Positions 26,008-38,963 of a stretch of 64,000 bases of DNA are shown one piece after another (position 1 is the stretch's first letter; each line of letters opens with the position of its first letter). Origin of the DNA: Schmidtea polychroa (taxonomy: Eukaryota). The notes under the pieces were generated by a model. The model had not been told where the DNA came from. It saw nothing but the letters and a program-made list of their open reading frames with translations, and did no database searches. The stretch spans positions 22,940,001-23,004,000 of the forward strand of contig CM097885.1 in the NCBI GenBank assembly GCA_044892525.1. The letters run 5' to 3'. Both the position numbers and the translations under genes were made by a program.

Positions 26008-27534
26008 ATGAAACCTAAACAACCTGAATTAACAAAAGTTGAAATTTTGATGTTAGCCACATTGGGCGAATTATCTAGTAAACTGGAAGACATTCTTAAG
26101 GGATCACGTAGAAAGTTTGAAATGAATGCATGCGAATTTATTGCTAAAGATGTCAACCTTTTATGGCGTGCACCCGAATCTTATAATCAATGTTATGTTA
26201 AATTTGGTTATGAAACAAGAGAAGATTTGAGAACTTATGTTAGTCAGTTTTGTGAAAGGCTTGAAATAAACGATGCTTGGGAGACTTTGGAAGATGTTGA
26301 AGCTTATTGGAATGATTTTGTGTTAACTGTCTCCAAAAAGCTAAATCTTAATGAAGACCACGAAGATAATTTTATAAAGTATTATTTTAATAACACTAAG
26401 CAACTTTATAATCTTAATACAAATGAAGTTGTGCCTTATGAATCTGTTTTCCCTCGATTGTCACTTGCGATTTTGATTCCATTATACATACCGGGATATA
26501 TTTTAAAGAATTTTTTAAAGGAATTGGAAAAAATAAAGGTAAGTTCAATTTTTTTAAATTAAAGATTCAGATTTTTGAATTCGTAGCTATCTTATTATTT
26601 TTATAGAAAGAATTGTATATTTTTGGCATTGATACAAACGTTATTATTTTCGGTAAAAATAAAGATTCTAAATTCTGGTTAAAGCAATACAAAGTAAACG
26701 TGGAAAATATTTTTGTTGATTCATCTGATGAAATATTGAAAGCTAGGAGAAATTTGAATAATGTAATACTTTTAATCTGTGAATAGCGAGTTATTTTTAC
26801 AATCCTAACAGGTGTTTTCTGTTCAATCAATGGAAACAATTGGACTTTCTTGTAAAACCAAAATGAGGTTTCCTGTACCGGAAAATATTGATTGGCAAAA
26901 ATATCTGTTTCCCGGTGGCCTAGCGCTTGTTAATTCGGAAGGGACCGTTCACTATGAGCATTTGTCTGCGCATATTGGGGATTTCCCACAGAGTGAAGAG
27001 TTGATCGAAAAGATAATGTTTGCGTTCGGGGAAATTAACGATTTAAATAAAGAAGAATCGGTAAAGTATTTGAAAGACGGAATGAAATTCTACATTGTCC
27101 CTAAATTCGAACGATTTCAATATGAAAAGACTTCGGGATTTTATTATGACCCAGAAACGGCTTTGTATTATGAGGCGCGGTCGGGTTACTTTTTTGACGC
27201 GGAACGTTCGGTCTATTTGTATTGGTGTGAGGAGTCCAAGTGTTATTTACCTGTGCCGACTGGGACAGCTGTGGAATCAGGTGATGATGTCACTGGCCGC
27301 CTTGGGCTGCTGCCGAGCACAGAGACTGGTTTGGAGCCCCATATTTCATGCCCGCCAGTCACATATCAGCAAAGAGAACTGTCCAAGGAGGAACAACTGG
27401 GCGAGTCATCCTCCTCATCAGATCCATCGATAGCAGCTGAATGCCGCAAATCACAGACAGTCGAATATAAATCAGAACACAAACAGGAATCAGTCGATAG
27501 CGATGAGCCTCCTCCTAAAAAGATTCGAGAATGA
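26008..27534 (+). CDS. Two-exon gene (26008-26538, 26812-27534; 417 aa) encoding an OCRE-domain protein with an unrecognised N-terminus
   Basis: Two long ORFs joined in phase 0 by a GTAAG...AACAG intron. FQYEKTSGFYYDPETALYYEARSGYFFDAERSVYLYWCEESKCYLP is an OCRE octamer repeat as in RBM5/RBM10/AGGF1. The C-terminus PPPKKIRE is NLS-like. Confidence 0.75.
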
Positions 27535-28669
27535 GTGCGGTTGTCATGGAAATTATTGTTAAATATATTTTTAATTTATTTCTTGGAATTTATTGATTAT
27601 TTAATGCATTTTACTTTATTTATCCGATTTTGTTAACCGACCTCCCCACCCCCCACCTCTCTCTAATAAGAAATTTTATTTTTTCTAAAAAAACAATCGG
27701 TTACGCTTGATTGTTTAGAAGATAACAATAAGAACATTTAGCCTATTCTATATATCATTTTTGGTTACCCTCCGTATTTCCCCTTTCCATATCTCAAACA
27801 AGTCACCTTCCATTCTATGTCCTTTTATGTTACTATTCTTCCTCAAAAAATTTATTTAAATCGGTAATTTTAAGTGATTTTATAATGAACTTTGACCTTA
27901 TTCTGACAGTGTTTCCTTTGAGGTTATCGCTTCAAATAATTCAATATATAAATTATTGTTCATGCTGCAATCATAATAACAAATTTGAACTAATTTATTA
28001 TATGCGAAAAGTTCGTAGCACTGGAACCCAATTTATTAATCTTATAGTTATCTAGGGTTTAGATTTTACAAACTTGATTGGTTTCATAACCATCCTATAC
28101 AAATAAATATTATCCATAATGATTGTGGATTCTAGATAATATTCAAAATTTTACCAGTGGTTAATTTAGCCGTATGGACTGCCCGCTCGCGCTCCTTCCG
28201 TCCACCCCAAAACAATAAAAAATTATGGTTCTACTTGGCAGATGTATCTCCTGTAACTTCAGACAACATGGTAACAAATAAGTTAGAGAAATCACATGCA
28301 TATTAGATTACAGTATCAAGTACATGTATTTAGAATGTATATCATTACTGTATCCATTCTTGAAATTCTTCACCACCTACACATTAATATCTAAATCCAC
28401 CACTGGACATCACTAATCATAAATTAATTTCAATGTCATACAGAGATCAAACGGGAGACGAAGTGTTATAAAAGACAATTTTCTATACGCAGGGAAGCAG
28501 GGAATAGACACTCCTCAGTCAAAATCTTTGAAAAAATTACATCAAAACAAAATTTCAAATCATTAATATGTATTACAAATTGTGTTACAAATATGTTATT
28601 CCTTCCGAAGTTTGCAATAGGCACTGAAGTCATTGTTGTAATATTGAATTATTGGTGTCGGAGAGTATA

Positions 28670-29897
28670 TAGAAGTGTGCTCCATGAGTCACCACATACC
28701 CAACGTTCCCTCTAAGCTGCGCGCGCGCAGCACCTCCAACTCCCCAGCGCAGCAAAATTATTTTCATCGCAGTATATTTAATTCAACCGTTTCATGGCAG
28801 TTGTTCCTAGTAAAAAAATGTGCTATTTTTTATTTTATTTTCACCTTCCAATTAACATATTTATTATAAAACATTACGAATTTTTGATACTCAATATTAT
28901 TATGTGGTTCATTTTGAATATATTTAAAAATTTTCAATGTTAATAACCAGATGCATAATAACGGTATATTTCTGTAGTGTCGTTTTAAAACTCTTACAAC
29001 CACGTTATAGCATTTTGACGCTCATTTGTATTTAAAGGCTGCTCAGCGCAGCTGACTTTGCGCGCACTGCTGCTTATGGCTTAAAGGGAACGTTGCACAT
29101 ACCCCAGATGACTCATCGTTATGACTCATCAATGTCATTCTATTTTTAATAACTAAATCAAGGTCATTTGTAGAACAAAGACATCTATTTTTAGTAACAT
29201 TTTATTAAGGTGCTTATTAGTTAGAAATTTATTATCATTGGGTGTAATATATCTTTGTGAAAATAAGTGTCTTATAGGTTAAGATTTTTGAGTAACATTT
29301 ACCAAAAACATAGATATTTTGTGCGAATAATTTAAGAATATTGATTAAATATGTCATTTAAAATAATATTTTCAGACAATATTTAATAAATTCATTGGTT
29401 AATTTATATCTTTGTGAGAAATACATGATCATTTATTGACAATTCATTAATAATTTTGGTATAAATTCTTTATCATTTGGAGTAATTTTAGTCAAATTTA
29501 GTGAGTAACAAAGACATTATTTGTTAATATGTGAGTAATCGATGACTCATCATTTTAGAACAAAGCATAGAGTATGTGTGCGTATATTTCTCTATCCTAT
29601 CGGTATTCTGAATGGATAGACGTTACATATATTTTATGCTTTGTAATTCATTTTTCAAAATGCTCGTGGATCGATAAGTAAATTTTAATTAATATGTTCT
29701 TAATTATTATGTTTTTTATGAAACCAATTTTGTTATGAAAACAATTTATTAATTATGAAACCAATTTATTATGAAATTTTTTATGAAATATCAAGAAAAT
29801 GAATGTTTTTATGAAGAAAATTATGAAACCAATATCAGAAATGGTTATGTTTTTATGAAATTAATGTTTTATGAAATTACTTTGAAAATATTTTGAA

Positions 29898-29928
<31 letters not shown>

Positions 29929-30467
29929 GTAATAATAATAATTATAATAAAATAATAATAATAAAAAATAATAATATTACTTTGAAAAACAATAATATTA
30001 CATTGATAATAATAATAATTTTAATAATAACATCTTTGTTTTAGTAAAGTCCTGTTTTTATGAGTCATTGTCTTTGTTCAAAAAATAAATGATGCGATGA
30101 GCCATCGATGAGTCATTGCTTTGTTTAAAATGATGAGTCATTGTATTTATTCTTAAAATGATGAGTAATCGTCTTTGTTCTGCAAAAATGATGAGTCATA
30201 TGTCCTTGAATGACCTTGATGAGTCATAGAATAAAAATGATCGGGTCAATGATCGGAGCAAAAATGTTACTAAAAATAGATCCAAAATATTATTAAAAAA
30301 AGATGTCTTTGTCTTCGTTACTAAAAATAGACGGTGAGTCATTGATGAGTCATATGACCTTGTTACTAAAAATAGAATGACCTTGATGAGTCTTAATGAT
30401 GAGTCATCGCGATGGGTAGTGCAAAAAAATGACAAAAACAATGAGTCATGGAGCACACTTCCCACTA
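28670..30467. mobile_element. ~1.8 kb non-autonomous TIR element (hAT-like TAG ends) with TGA(C/G)TCA subterminal repeats
   Basis: Left end TAGAAGTGTGCTCCATGA; right end TCATGGAGCACACTTCCCACTA. ATGACTCAT copies on the left, ATGAGTCAT copies on the right; internal (AAT)n. No TSD seen. Confidence 0.6.
28701..29095. mobile_element. 395-bp hAT MITE nested in the element above
   Basis: TIRs CAACGTTCCCTCTAAGC and GCTTAAAGGGAACGTTG; perfect 8-bp TSD cacatacc. Confidence 0.9.
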
Positions 30468-30814
30468 CAATATATATCTGTGTTGGGGTTGGCACAAAAA
30501 CCAAAATATTTATATATAAAAGAGAAGCATAACGTTTCTAAAATTGAATACAAGTGTTATAAACCAATTTTTAAGAAAATACTCTAATATAATAGGTCAT
30601 TTTTGGGACCATTTAAAGATACTTAGTACGCTTATCGTATAATCCGCCAGTGAATACCGTGATAATATGTTTCCATTTTTCTTTAAAAATAGACATTTAA
30701 CGAAAAAGAAAATTGAGATCAACAAACAATTTCATAGTAAAACTTTCTATTAATATAATAATTGATTTTTAAAAACTCAACTATATGGTTTTCTTAACAG
30801 TTAGTCATATAAAC

Positions 30815-32520
30815 CAGTGGTGCGCAAAGTGTGGGTCACTTACTTTTTATGAGGGTTCACGAAAAAAAAGAATTTAATAATATTACAATATTTAAGGTTA
30901 AACAGACCAGGGTGTTCATAGAACATCTTATATTTATCTAAAACCTCACTTAGGTATCTTATCTATAAAAAATAAGATGATTGGTTACATGACTGAGGAA
31001 TCGGTAAAATATGATAGAAATTGTACTAAACTATCATTCCTTTATCCATATTCATGCCTTATCTCATCATAAATTTGTTCACTATTTAGTAATCAATATA
31101 AAAACAAAACACATTAACCAAATCAAAGCTCAAATTAAATATATTTATTAAACTTAAAACTGTTACCATGGGTTTTTAATTGAAATGGCGGCTAAAATAA
31201 AACAAATAGACATAATATTTTATAAAATAAGCGACCGCTGTAAACGAGTTCTGGTAACTGAAGAATTTTTTTTCAAAACTTTTTCAAACAAGAATTTAGA
31301 ACATATTGCATGTTAAAGAGATGAAAAATTAAATTTATGCAAGTTCACACAAATGTGTATTCTAAAATAAATTAAAGAATATTATTTCATATTATTTAAT
31401 ACTAGTTAATTGCAAGGCGCCTAAGGCGCCCGTTGACAAATCATAAAATAAATGAACAGTTTGACATACTAAATATTTATTAAAAATTCAATTTCTTGTA
31501 TTCTTAAGCAATTTGAAAATTATTTCTGTTATATATATGGAATGAAAAAAAAATTGCCAAAAAACTTAGAAAGCGCTTTTTCAAAACTCGTTATTCGTGT
31601 AAAAATTCTATGATAGTATTAGTGAGATAGAGAATATTTTTATGATATTGTTACAATCAACCAATCAGCGAGAGTTATAGAATCAGTCAGTGAATCAGTT
31701 AGTGAATCAGTGATGAGCGTAATTATATATTAGAAATATTATTTAATACAATGAAAACAAACGCATGGTAATGATTCGCATGTTTGAATTCATCCAATAA
31801 ATTCTCTCTTAGTAAATTTATAATTCGTACGTTTATTTACTGTGACTTATTTTCTTTAATTTAAAACCCCCAATTCTAGAAAATGTGTAGTGAGAACAAG
31901 TCCTTCAAAATCCAACGAAAGCGAAATTGTTGGTAGAATTCAAACACTGAAACTAAAAAAATATCTTCAACATCTTCTAATTTGAAAGGAACGAATAGAT
32001 CTAGAAAATATCAAGAGAATTATATCGAATATGGATTTATTTATACTGTTGTCAACGATGAATATCGTCCATTTTGCGAAATATGTTCTGAAAAACTATC
32101 CAGCGAAAGTATGAAGCCTGTTAAAATGAAACGATATTTGAATCGACTTATCCGGAGTTAATTAATAGGGAAAAATCTTATTTTAAAAGGTGTTCTAGTA
32201 ATATGCAAAGGCAAAAAATTTTGAGTAAATGAATAAACATACAGCAGTTTCACAAAAAGCTTCTTGGGAAGTATCAAATCTAATAGGAAAAAATATGAAG
32301 CCACACACCATAGGAGAATCTCTTGTTCTTCCTGCTGAAATAAAAATAATGTCATTTATGCATGAAGAAAAATATACTAATGATATAAAAAGCATTCCTC
32401 CACCAAAAGACACGGTTTCACAACGTATTACTAGTATCGCGATGAATTTATAATTTATTTTGCTTAGCCGTTTGTATGATAGTTAAGTTTTTGCTTTACA
32501 ATTAGACGAATCTACAGTAA
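30815..32520 (+). pseudogene. Buster/ZBED5-type hAT element remnant
   Basis: End CAGTGGTGCGCAAAGTG at 30815. YGFIY...RPFCEICSEKLSSESMKPVKMKR, KASWEVSNLIGKNMKPHTIGESLVLPA...TVSQRI, and FALQLDEST (~32030-32520). Confidence 0.85.
31402..31734 (-). mobile_element. 333-bp non-autonomous Helitron
   Basis: On the minus strand it starts TC(TAATATATAA), has short CACTGATT/CACTGACT repeats and a subterminal GGCGCC-TTA-GGCGCC hairpin ~11 nt before a CTAG|T 3' end. Confidence 0.6.
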
Positions 32521-32806
32521 ACGATCTTTCACCTAATCCTTTGATACGATGGATGAAAAAAGGGTGAATCGTAATGAAAAGGGTATCGGACCATTGTGAT
32601 ATTTTAATAAAAATGTTTGCATCAAAATATAGAATTCTTCCAAAAAATTGTTAAATCATTTACGCAATAATTCCTTCTACGCATTAAATAAATAAAAGCG
32701 ATTCTGATTGGTCAGCCAATTGTTGTTTTTATTTGACCATAATTATTTTACTTTATAACTTTAAAAAGATAATTAAAGAAATCAAGAAATTTTATTCATA
32801 TAAAAT

Positions 32807-35800
32807 ATGTCACAAAAAAATAAAATACATCCTATTGAAACGGAAGAGGAATTAGAAACAAGAATCATTTCACCTAATTCAATGATAATGCAAGTTTTTG
32901 ATAGCAGTTCGTCCGTTAAAAAGGAAGAAAAAGAAGAACATAAAAAAATGAATTATGATTCAAATCGACAGTTAGAAAAGATATTGAAATCAATAGAAAA
33001 CTGGGACCTCAAAGAATTTCTATCTATTTATGAATTAGAAATATTATCTGTCAACAGTGTTTTTGATTGCAAATTAAAGGAAACGGTAAATATTTATTAA
33101 AATATTTTCAAATATTAATACTACTGTCATTCATAAGTTGAAGCTGTCTTCGAATTTCCCTGGCTACCTTGACAATTGCAACTTGATTCACTATGCCACC
33201 TTGTACAGAGCAACTAAAATTGTAAGGTTGCTTCTAAGTTCACAATTTAACTACCCCATTGATACAGTGACCCAGGTAAGTCTTATTTTCTCTAAAGAAA
33301 TTGTGATAAATGCTTTTATTTAAAGGGTATTTATTTTCATTTGTGTTTTTTAAAATAAATTTATAACAGAAAATGTTTTCTACCTAACTAATTATATTAA
33401 AATAGTGTACATCATCCCTTCCGTTCCTTTTCCAAGTTTCTTCAACTCTCCTTGCAATAATTATTAACAAAATATTCTGGAGATTTGAAAGCAGAAACAA
33501 TCCTAACTCCAGTCAACTATATTTCGTTTGCTTTCGTTTTTTTTCTAAAATGGTTTTGAAAAGAATTTCAATATATCTCAGTTAAAACTGATGTATTTGC
33601 ATATTGTCATCCATACATCTTTTTCACAATATATATCGATAGCATCACCATCGTTGTCAGGTTACATACATATACAATATTGATAATTTATAAACTAATT
33701 ATTAAATCTCTAAGTTTTAAATTATAAATACTAATTTTAAATAATTATTTTCAAAAAGATAATCAAAAATAATTTTTAAAACATTAATTTAAAATTATTA
33801 AATTTTAAATAAATATTTTAAAACACTCTTTTTTATTTTTAAAAATTCTTTAAAAAAATAAACATCAACATACAAAACTTAATTAAAAACATTCAACACA
33901 CACGTATTCACTGCATTCTGCACATTGATTTTCGGATTAAAAGTTCTTATCAATAATGCTTCACATATCACATGCTCAAAACAATTATCAAAATTTTTTG
34001 ATAAGATTTTAAAATCAGACATTCCTAATTTTCTCGTACAACCTTTATTATGATCCTTAATATTGGTCACTCTTTCGGTCGACAAGGTTTTTGCACTCGA
34101 ATAATATATTTTTTGCATTAATTTATAGCTATATTTTCTATCTTTTAGTGTAATATTTTTTTGTCTGACTTTATTACATGGTTTATTAATTTTATTTTAT
34201 TGTTAATTATAAGTGTATCTACTAATTGCCAATTCTGAACATGATTGACCGTATTAATAATTTACATGCAGTGGCCCTCTTTTCAACAAAAAAGAACCAA
34301 TATTAAATACAATTGTCATATTTTACAAATTATTTTTTTATCTTTATTTCGATTTCGACTATTGTTCAATACTTTTCATTTATTCATATTTAAACACAAA
34401 TTTCCGACACTGCCTTTCTGAAGTGTCAGATATAATACAATATTATTTCAAATGTTATTCATTATAGCAACGGTTTGCAACACCGGTAACCAAGTTAATA
34501 GACGAAACTTCAATAAAAAACTTCGATAGTTCATCCGAAAATACCGATAATTTTGTAGTTCTGTTTTGAAAAAGGCACAAATACAATTAAATACCAAAAA
34601 ATGAATGTAGAATGAATGTCGTTGATCTTTTTGATGAGGAATTTTTGCACATCCTTTATCAAATAGAAACTTGTCAATATCATGTACCTTATATATTTCT
34701 TTGATTTATTGTCATACAAATATTAATATGAAAATTATTGAATTATAAAAAAATCAAAGGTGAAATAAAAAGATAAATATGATAATTACAATAAAATTAT
34801 ACTCCCTCTGTCCAAAAATGATAGTCCAGTTTGACTTTAAATCGTAATTTCTTTTATACTTAACAGTGATACTTAAAATGCAGTTTTGTTATTTGTTCAA
34901 TCAATAAAATAAAATTATTTAATGTGTTTTTATTGTAAAAGGTTTTACAAAACCGTTCAATTTTTTATATTCTCTATTGACAATCATTTTTTGAAAAAGG
35001 CTAAAATGAAAATAGACTATCATTTTTGGACAGAGGGAGTATATCATATCATACAGAATTTAATACCGAGTCTGATGAAATAGAAAGTAATTTGAAAACT
35101 AGTTTTAAATGCATGTTAAAAGGAAAATATTGGAAATAAATAATTTTTTTGAATGTGTTGTTGTCATATTGTAGAAAATCTGATAACAATTCGAATTAAA
35201 TATAAATACTTTGAAAAATATTGAAAAACTTGAAGTGCTAAAAGTTTTAAAATAAAAAATAAATACTTTTTAATAAATATTATATAATAACTTGTAGAAA
35301 ATTTTATGGCGAGTCTAATGTTGCTAAACATGATAGTAGGTAGATAGTAGCGTACGGCAGCAATAGGGGGGGTACCCCCCCCCTGCTGCCGTAATTTTTT
35401 TGCTGCAACTTTTGATTACGCAATTTTTCAGACTATAGTGAGGGGGTCTCGATGGTCCTGGGATTTTCAATACAAAAAAAATTTTCAATACAAAAACGAT
35501 GGTCCTGGGATTTTCAATACAAAAAAAATTTTTCAATACAAAAATCCGACTACCACTAAAAAATCATGGAATTTTCACACTATAGTGAGGTGAGTCTCCT
35601 TGGACCTGAGAAATAGGTGGTCTACACTAAAAAAAACGTGGTAATTTAAGGTCTCAGGATATTTTCTATACAAAAAGGCGGTCTCACTAAAAAAGCATGG
35701 TAATTTAAGGTCTCAGGATATTTTCAATACAAATAGGTGGTCTACACTAAAAAAAGCCAAGGATTTTTCACACTATAGTGAGGTGGGTCTCCTTGGACCT

Positions 35801-38800
35801 GAGAAATAGGTGGTCTACACTAAAAAAAACGTGGTAATTTAAGGTCTCAGAATATTTTCTATACAAAAAGGCGGTCTCACTAAAAAAGCATGGTAATTTA
35901 AGGTCTCAGGATATTTTCAATACAAATAGGTGGTCTACACTAAAAAAAGCCAAGGATTTTTCACACTATAGTGAGGTGGGTCTCCTTGGACCTGAGAAAA
36001 AGGTGTTCTACACTAAAAACGTGGTAAATTTTTCAATTAAAGTAAATAATGGCTCAAATTTTTGAATTACAGTAAATTATGGTCCAAAAAATTAAATTAA
36101 AGTAAATTATGGTCCTAAAAATTGAATTAAAGTAAATTATGGTTCTAAAAAATTAAATTACAGTAAATTATGGCTCAAATTTTTGAATTACAGTAAATTA
36201 TGGGTCTAAAAACTGAATTACAGTAAATAATGGTTCTAAAAATTAAATTAAAAGTAAATTATGGTTCTAAATTTTTCAAATACAGTAAATTATGGTTCTA
36301 AAAAAATTAAATTACAGTAAATTAAGGTCCAAATTTTTCAAATACAGTAAATTATGGTCCAAAAATTTAAATTAAAGTAAATTATGGCCAAAGTTTTTGA
36401 ATTACAGTAAATTAAGGTTCTAAATTTTAAATTAAAGTAAATTAAGGTTCTAAAAAATTAAAATAAAGTAAATTAAGGTCCAAATTTTAAATTAAGTAAT
36501 CAATGGTAATAATTTTTAAATAAGTAAATTAAAGTAAATTAAAGTAATAATTTTTAAATAAGTAAATTAAAGTAAGATTTTAAAATTTATTTACAAAAAG
36601 TTGAAGGTGTTTGAGAATTGAAATTTTTTAATGAAAATTTTTATGAAATAATTTTTTAAGTAAATTTTAATAGAAATTTTAATGAAATATTTTTCAATGG
36701 TAATTTTTAATGGAAATTTTTATGGAATATTTTTCAAAGACAAATTTTAATAATAATTCAACAACAAACCAACAACTTAGTACCAACAACCAGTAACTTA
36801 CGAACATGTATTAACAACCAGATACCTACAACTAGTTACTAACAACCAGTTACCTGATACCAATTACCTACCAAGTACTTACAACCAACATCAACCAGAT
36901 ACCTACAACTAGTTACTAACAACCAATTACCTGCTACCAAGTACTTACAACTAGATACCACGTACTAAATAACTCTCAAACAACCAAGTACCTACAACAA
37001 ATTACCAGATACCAAGTACCTACAACTAGTTACTAACAACTAGTTACCTGATACTAAGTACCTACAACCACCTAACAAGTACTAACAACCAAAAACAAGC
37101 AACCAACCAGGTACCAGATACCACCTACTAAGTACCTACAACCTACAACTAGATACTAACAACCAGTTACCTAATACCAAATACTTACAACTAGTTACCA
37201 AGTACCTACAACCACCTACCCATTAACTAGCTACCAAGTACTAACAACTAGGTCTCAAACAACTAAATACTAACAACCAGTTACTAACTACTAAGCATTA
37301 ATTACCTACAACTAGTTACTAACAACTAGATACCAAGTACTTACAACCAACATCAACCAGGTACTAAGCATCATCAACTAACTACTAAGTACCTACAACC
37401 TACAACTAGATACTAACAACCAGTTACCTGATACCAAATACTTACAACTAGTTACCAAGTACCTACAACCACCTACCCATTAACTAGCTACCAAGTACTA
37501 ACAACTAGGTCTCAAACAACTAAATACTAACAACCAGTTACCAACTACTAAGCATTAATTACCTACAACTAGTTACTAACAACTAGATACCAAGTACTAA
37601 CAACCAACATCAACCAGGTACTAAGCATCATCAACTAACTACTAAGTACCTACAACCTACAACTAGATACTAACAACCAGTTACCTGATACCAAATACTT
37701 ACAACTAGTTACCAAGTACCTACAACCACCTACCCATTAACTAGCTACCAAGTACTAACAACTAGGTCTCAAACAACTAAATACTAACAACCAGTTACCA
37801 ACTACTAAGCATTAATTACCTACAACTAGTTACTAACAACTAGATACCAAGTACTTACAACCAACATCAACCAGGTACTAAGCATCATCAACTAACTACT
37901 AAGTACCTACAACCTACAACTAGTTACTAACAACCAGTTACCTGATACCAAATACTTACAACTAGTTACTAACAACCAACCAACTAGGTACTAGATACCA
38001 AGTACTTACAACCAACATCAACCAGGTACTAAGCATCATCAACTAACTACTAAGTACCTACAACCTACAACTAGATACTAACAACCAGTTACCTGATACC
38101 AAATACTTACAACTAGATACCAAGTACTATCAACCAAAAACAACCAACCAACTAGGTACTAGATACCAAGCACTCACAACCAACATCAACCAGGTACTAA
38201 GCATTATCAACCAACTAAATACTAAGTACTAACAACCAACCAACCAGTTACCTGATACCAAGTACTTACAACTAGTTACTAACAACCAGATACCTACAAC
38301 TAGTTACTAACAACCAGTTACCTGCTACTAAGTACATACAACCAACTAGCTACCACCTACCAAGTACCAACAACCACCTACCCATTAACTAGCTACTAAG
38401 TACTAACAACTAACTACCACCTACCAAGTACATACAACCAACATCAACCAGGTACTAAGTATTATCAACCAAGTACTAACAACGAAGTAACTTACCTAGT
38501 ACTAAGCACTGTCAACTAGATACCAAACACTTACAACCAGATTACCACATGAAATTATTGGTTAAATATGAAAATAAGGGTTATAATTAGTTGTTTAGTA
38601 AATTATGGTGTAAAATTAAGTAATAAAGGATAAATAGGCAAATTAAGGATAAGTAAATTAAAGTTAAAAATTTTAAATAAGTAAATTAAGGTTCAAAATT
38701 TTAAATTAAAGGAAACAATGGTTTAAATTTTAAATTAAAGCTAAATGAGTAAATTAAAGTAATAATTTTTAAATAAGTAATGTAATAAGTAAATTAAACT

Positions 38801-38920
38801 AAGATTTTTAAATTTATTAACAAAAAATAGAAGGTGTTTGAGAATTGAAATTTTTTAATGAAAATTTTTATGAAATATTTTTTAAGTTAATTTTTAATGG
38901 AAATTTTAATGGAATAATAA

Positions 38921-38963
<43 letters not shown>

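Noticed and set aside
28155-28405. hAT-like inverted ends CAGTGGTTAATTTAG / CTAAATCCACCACTG
   Set aside because: No target-site duplication; insufficient support.
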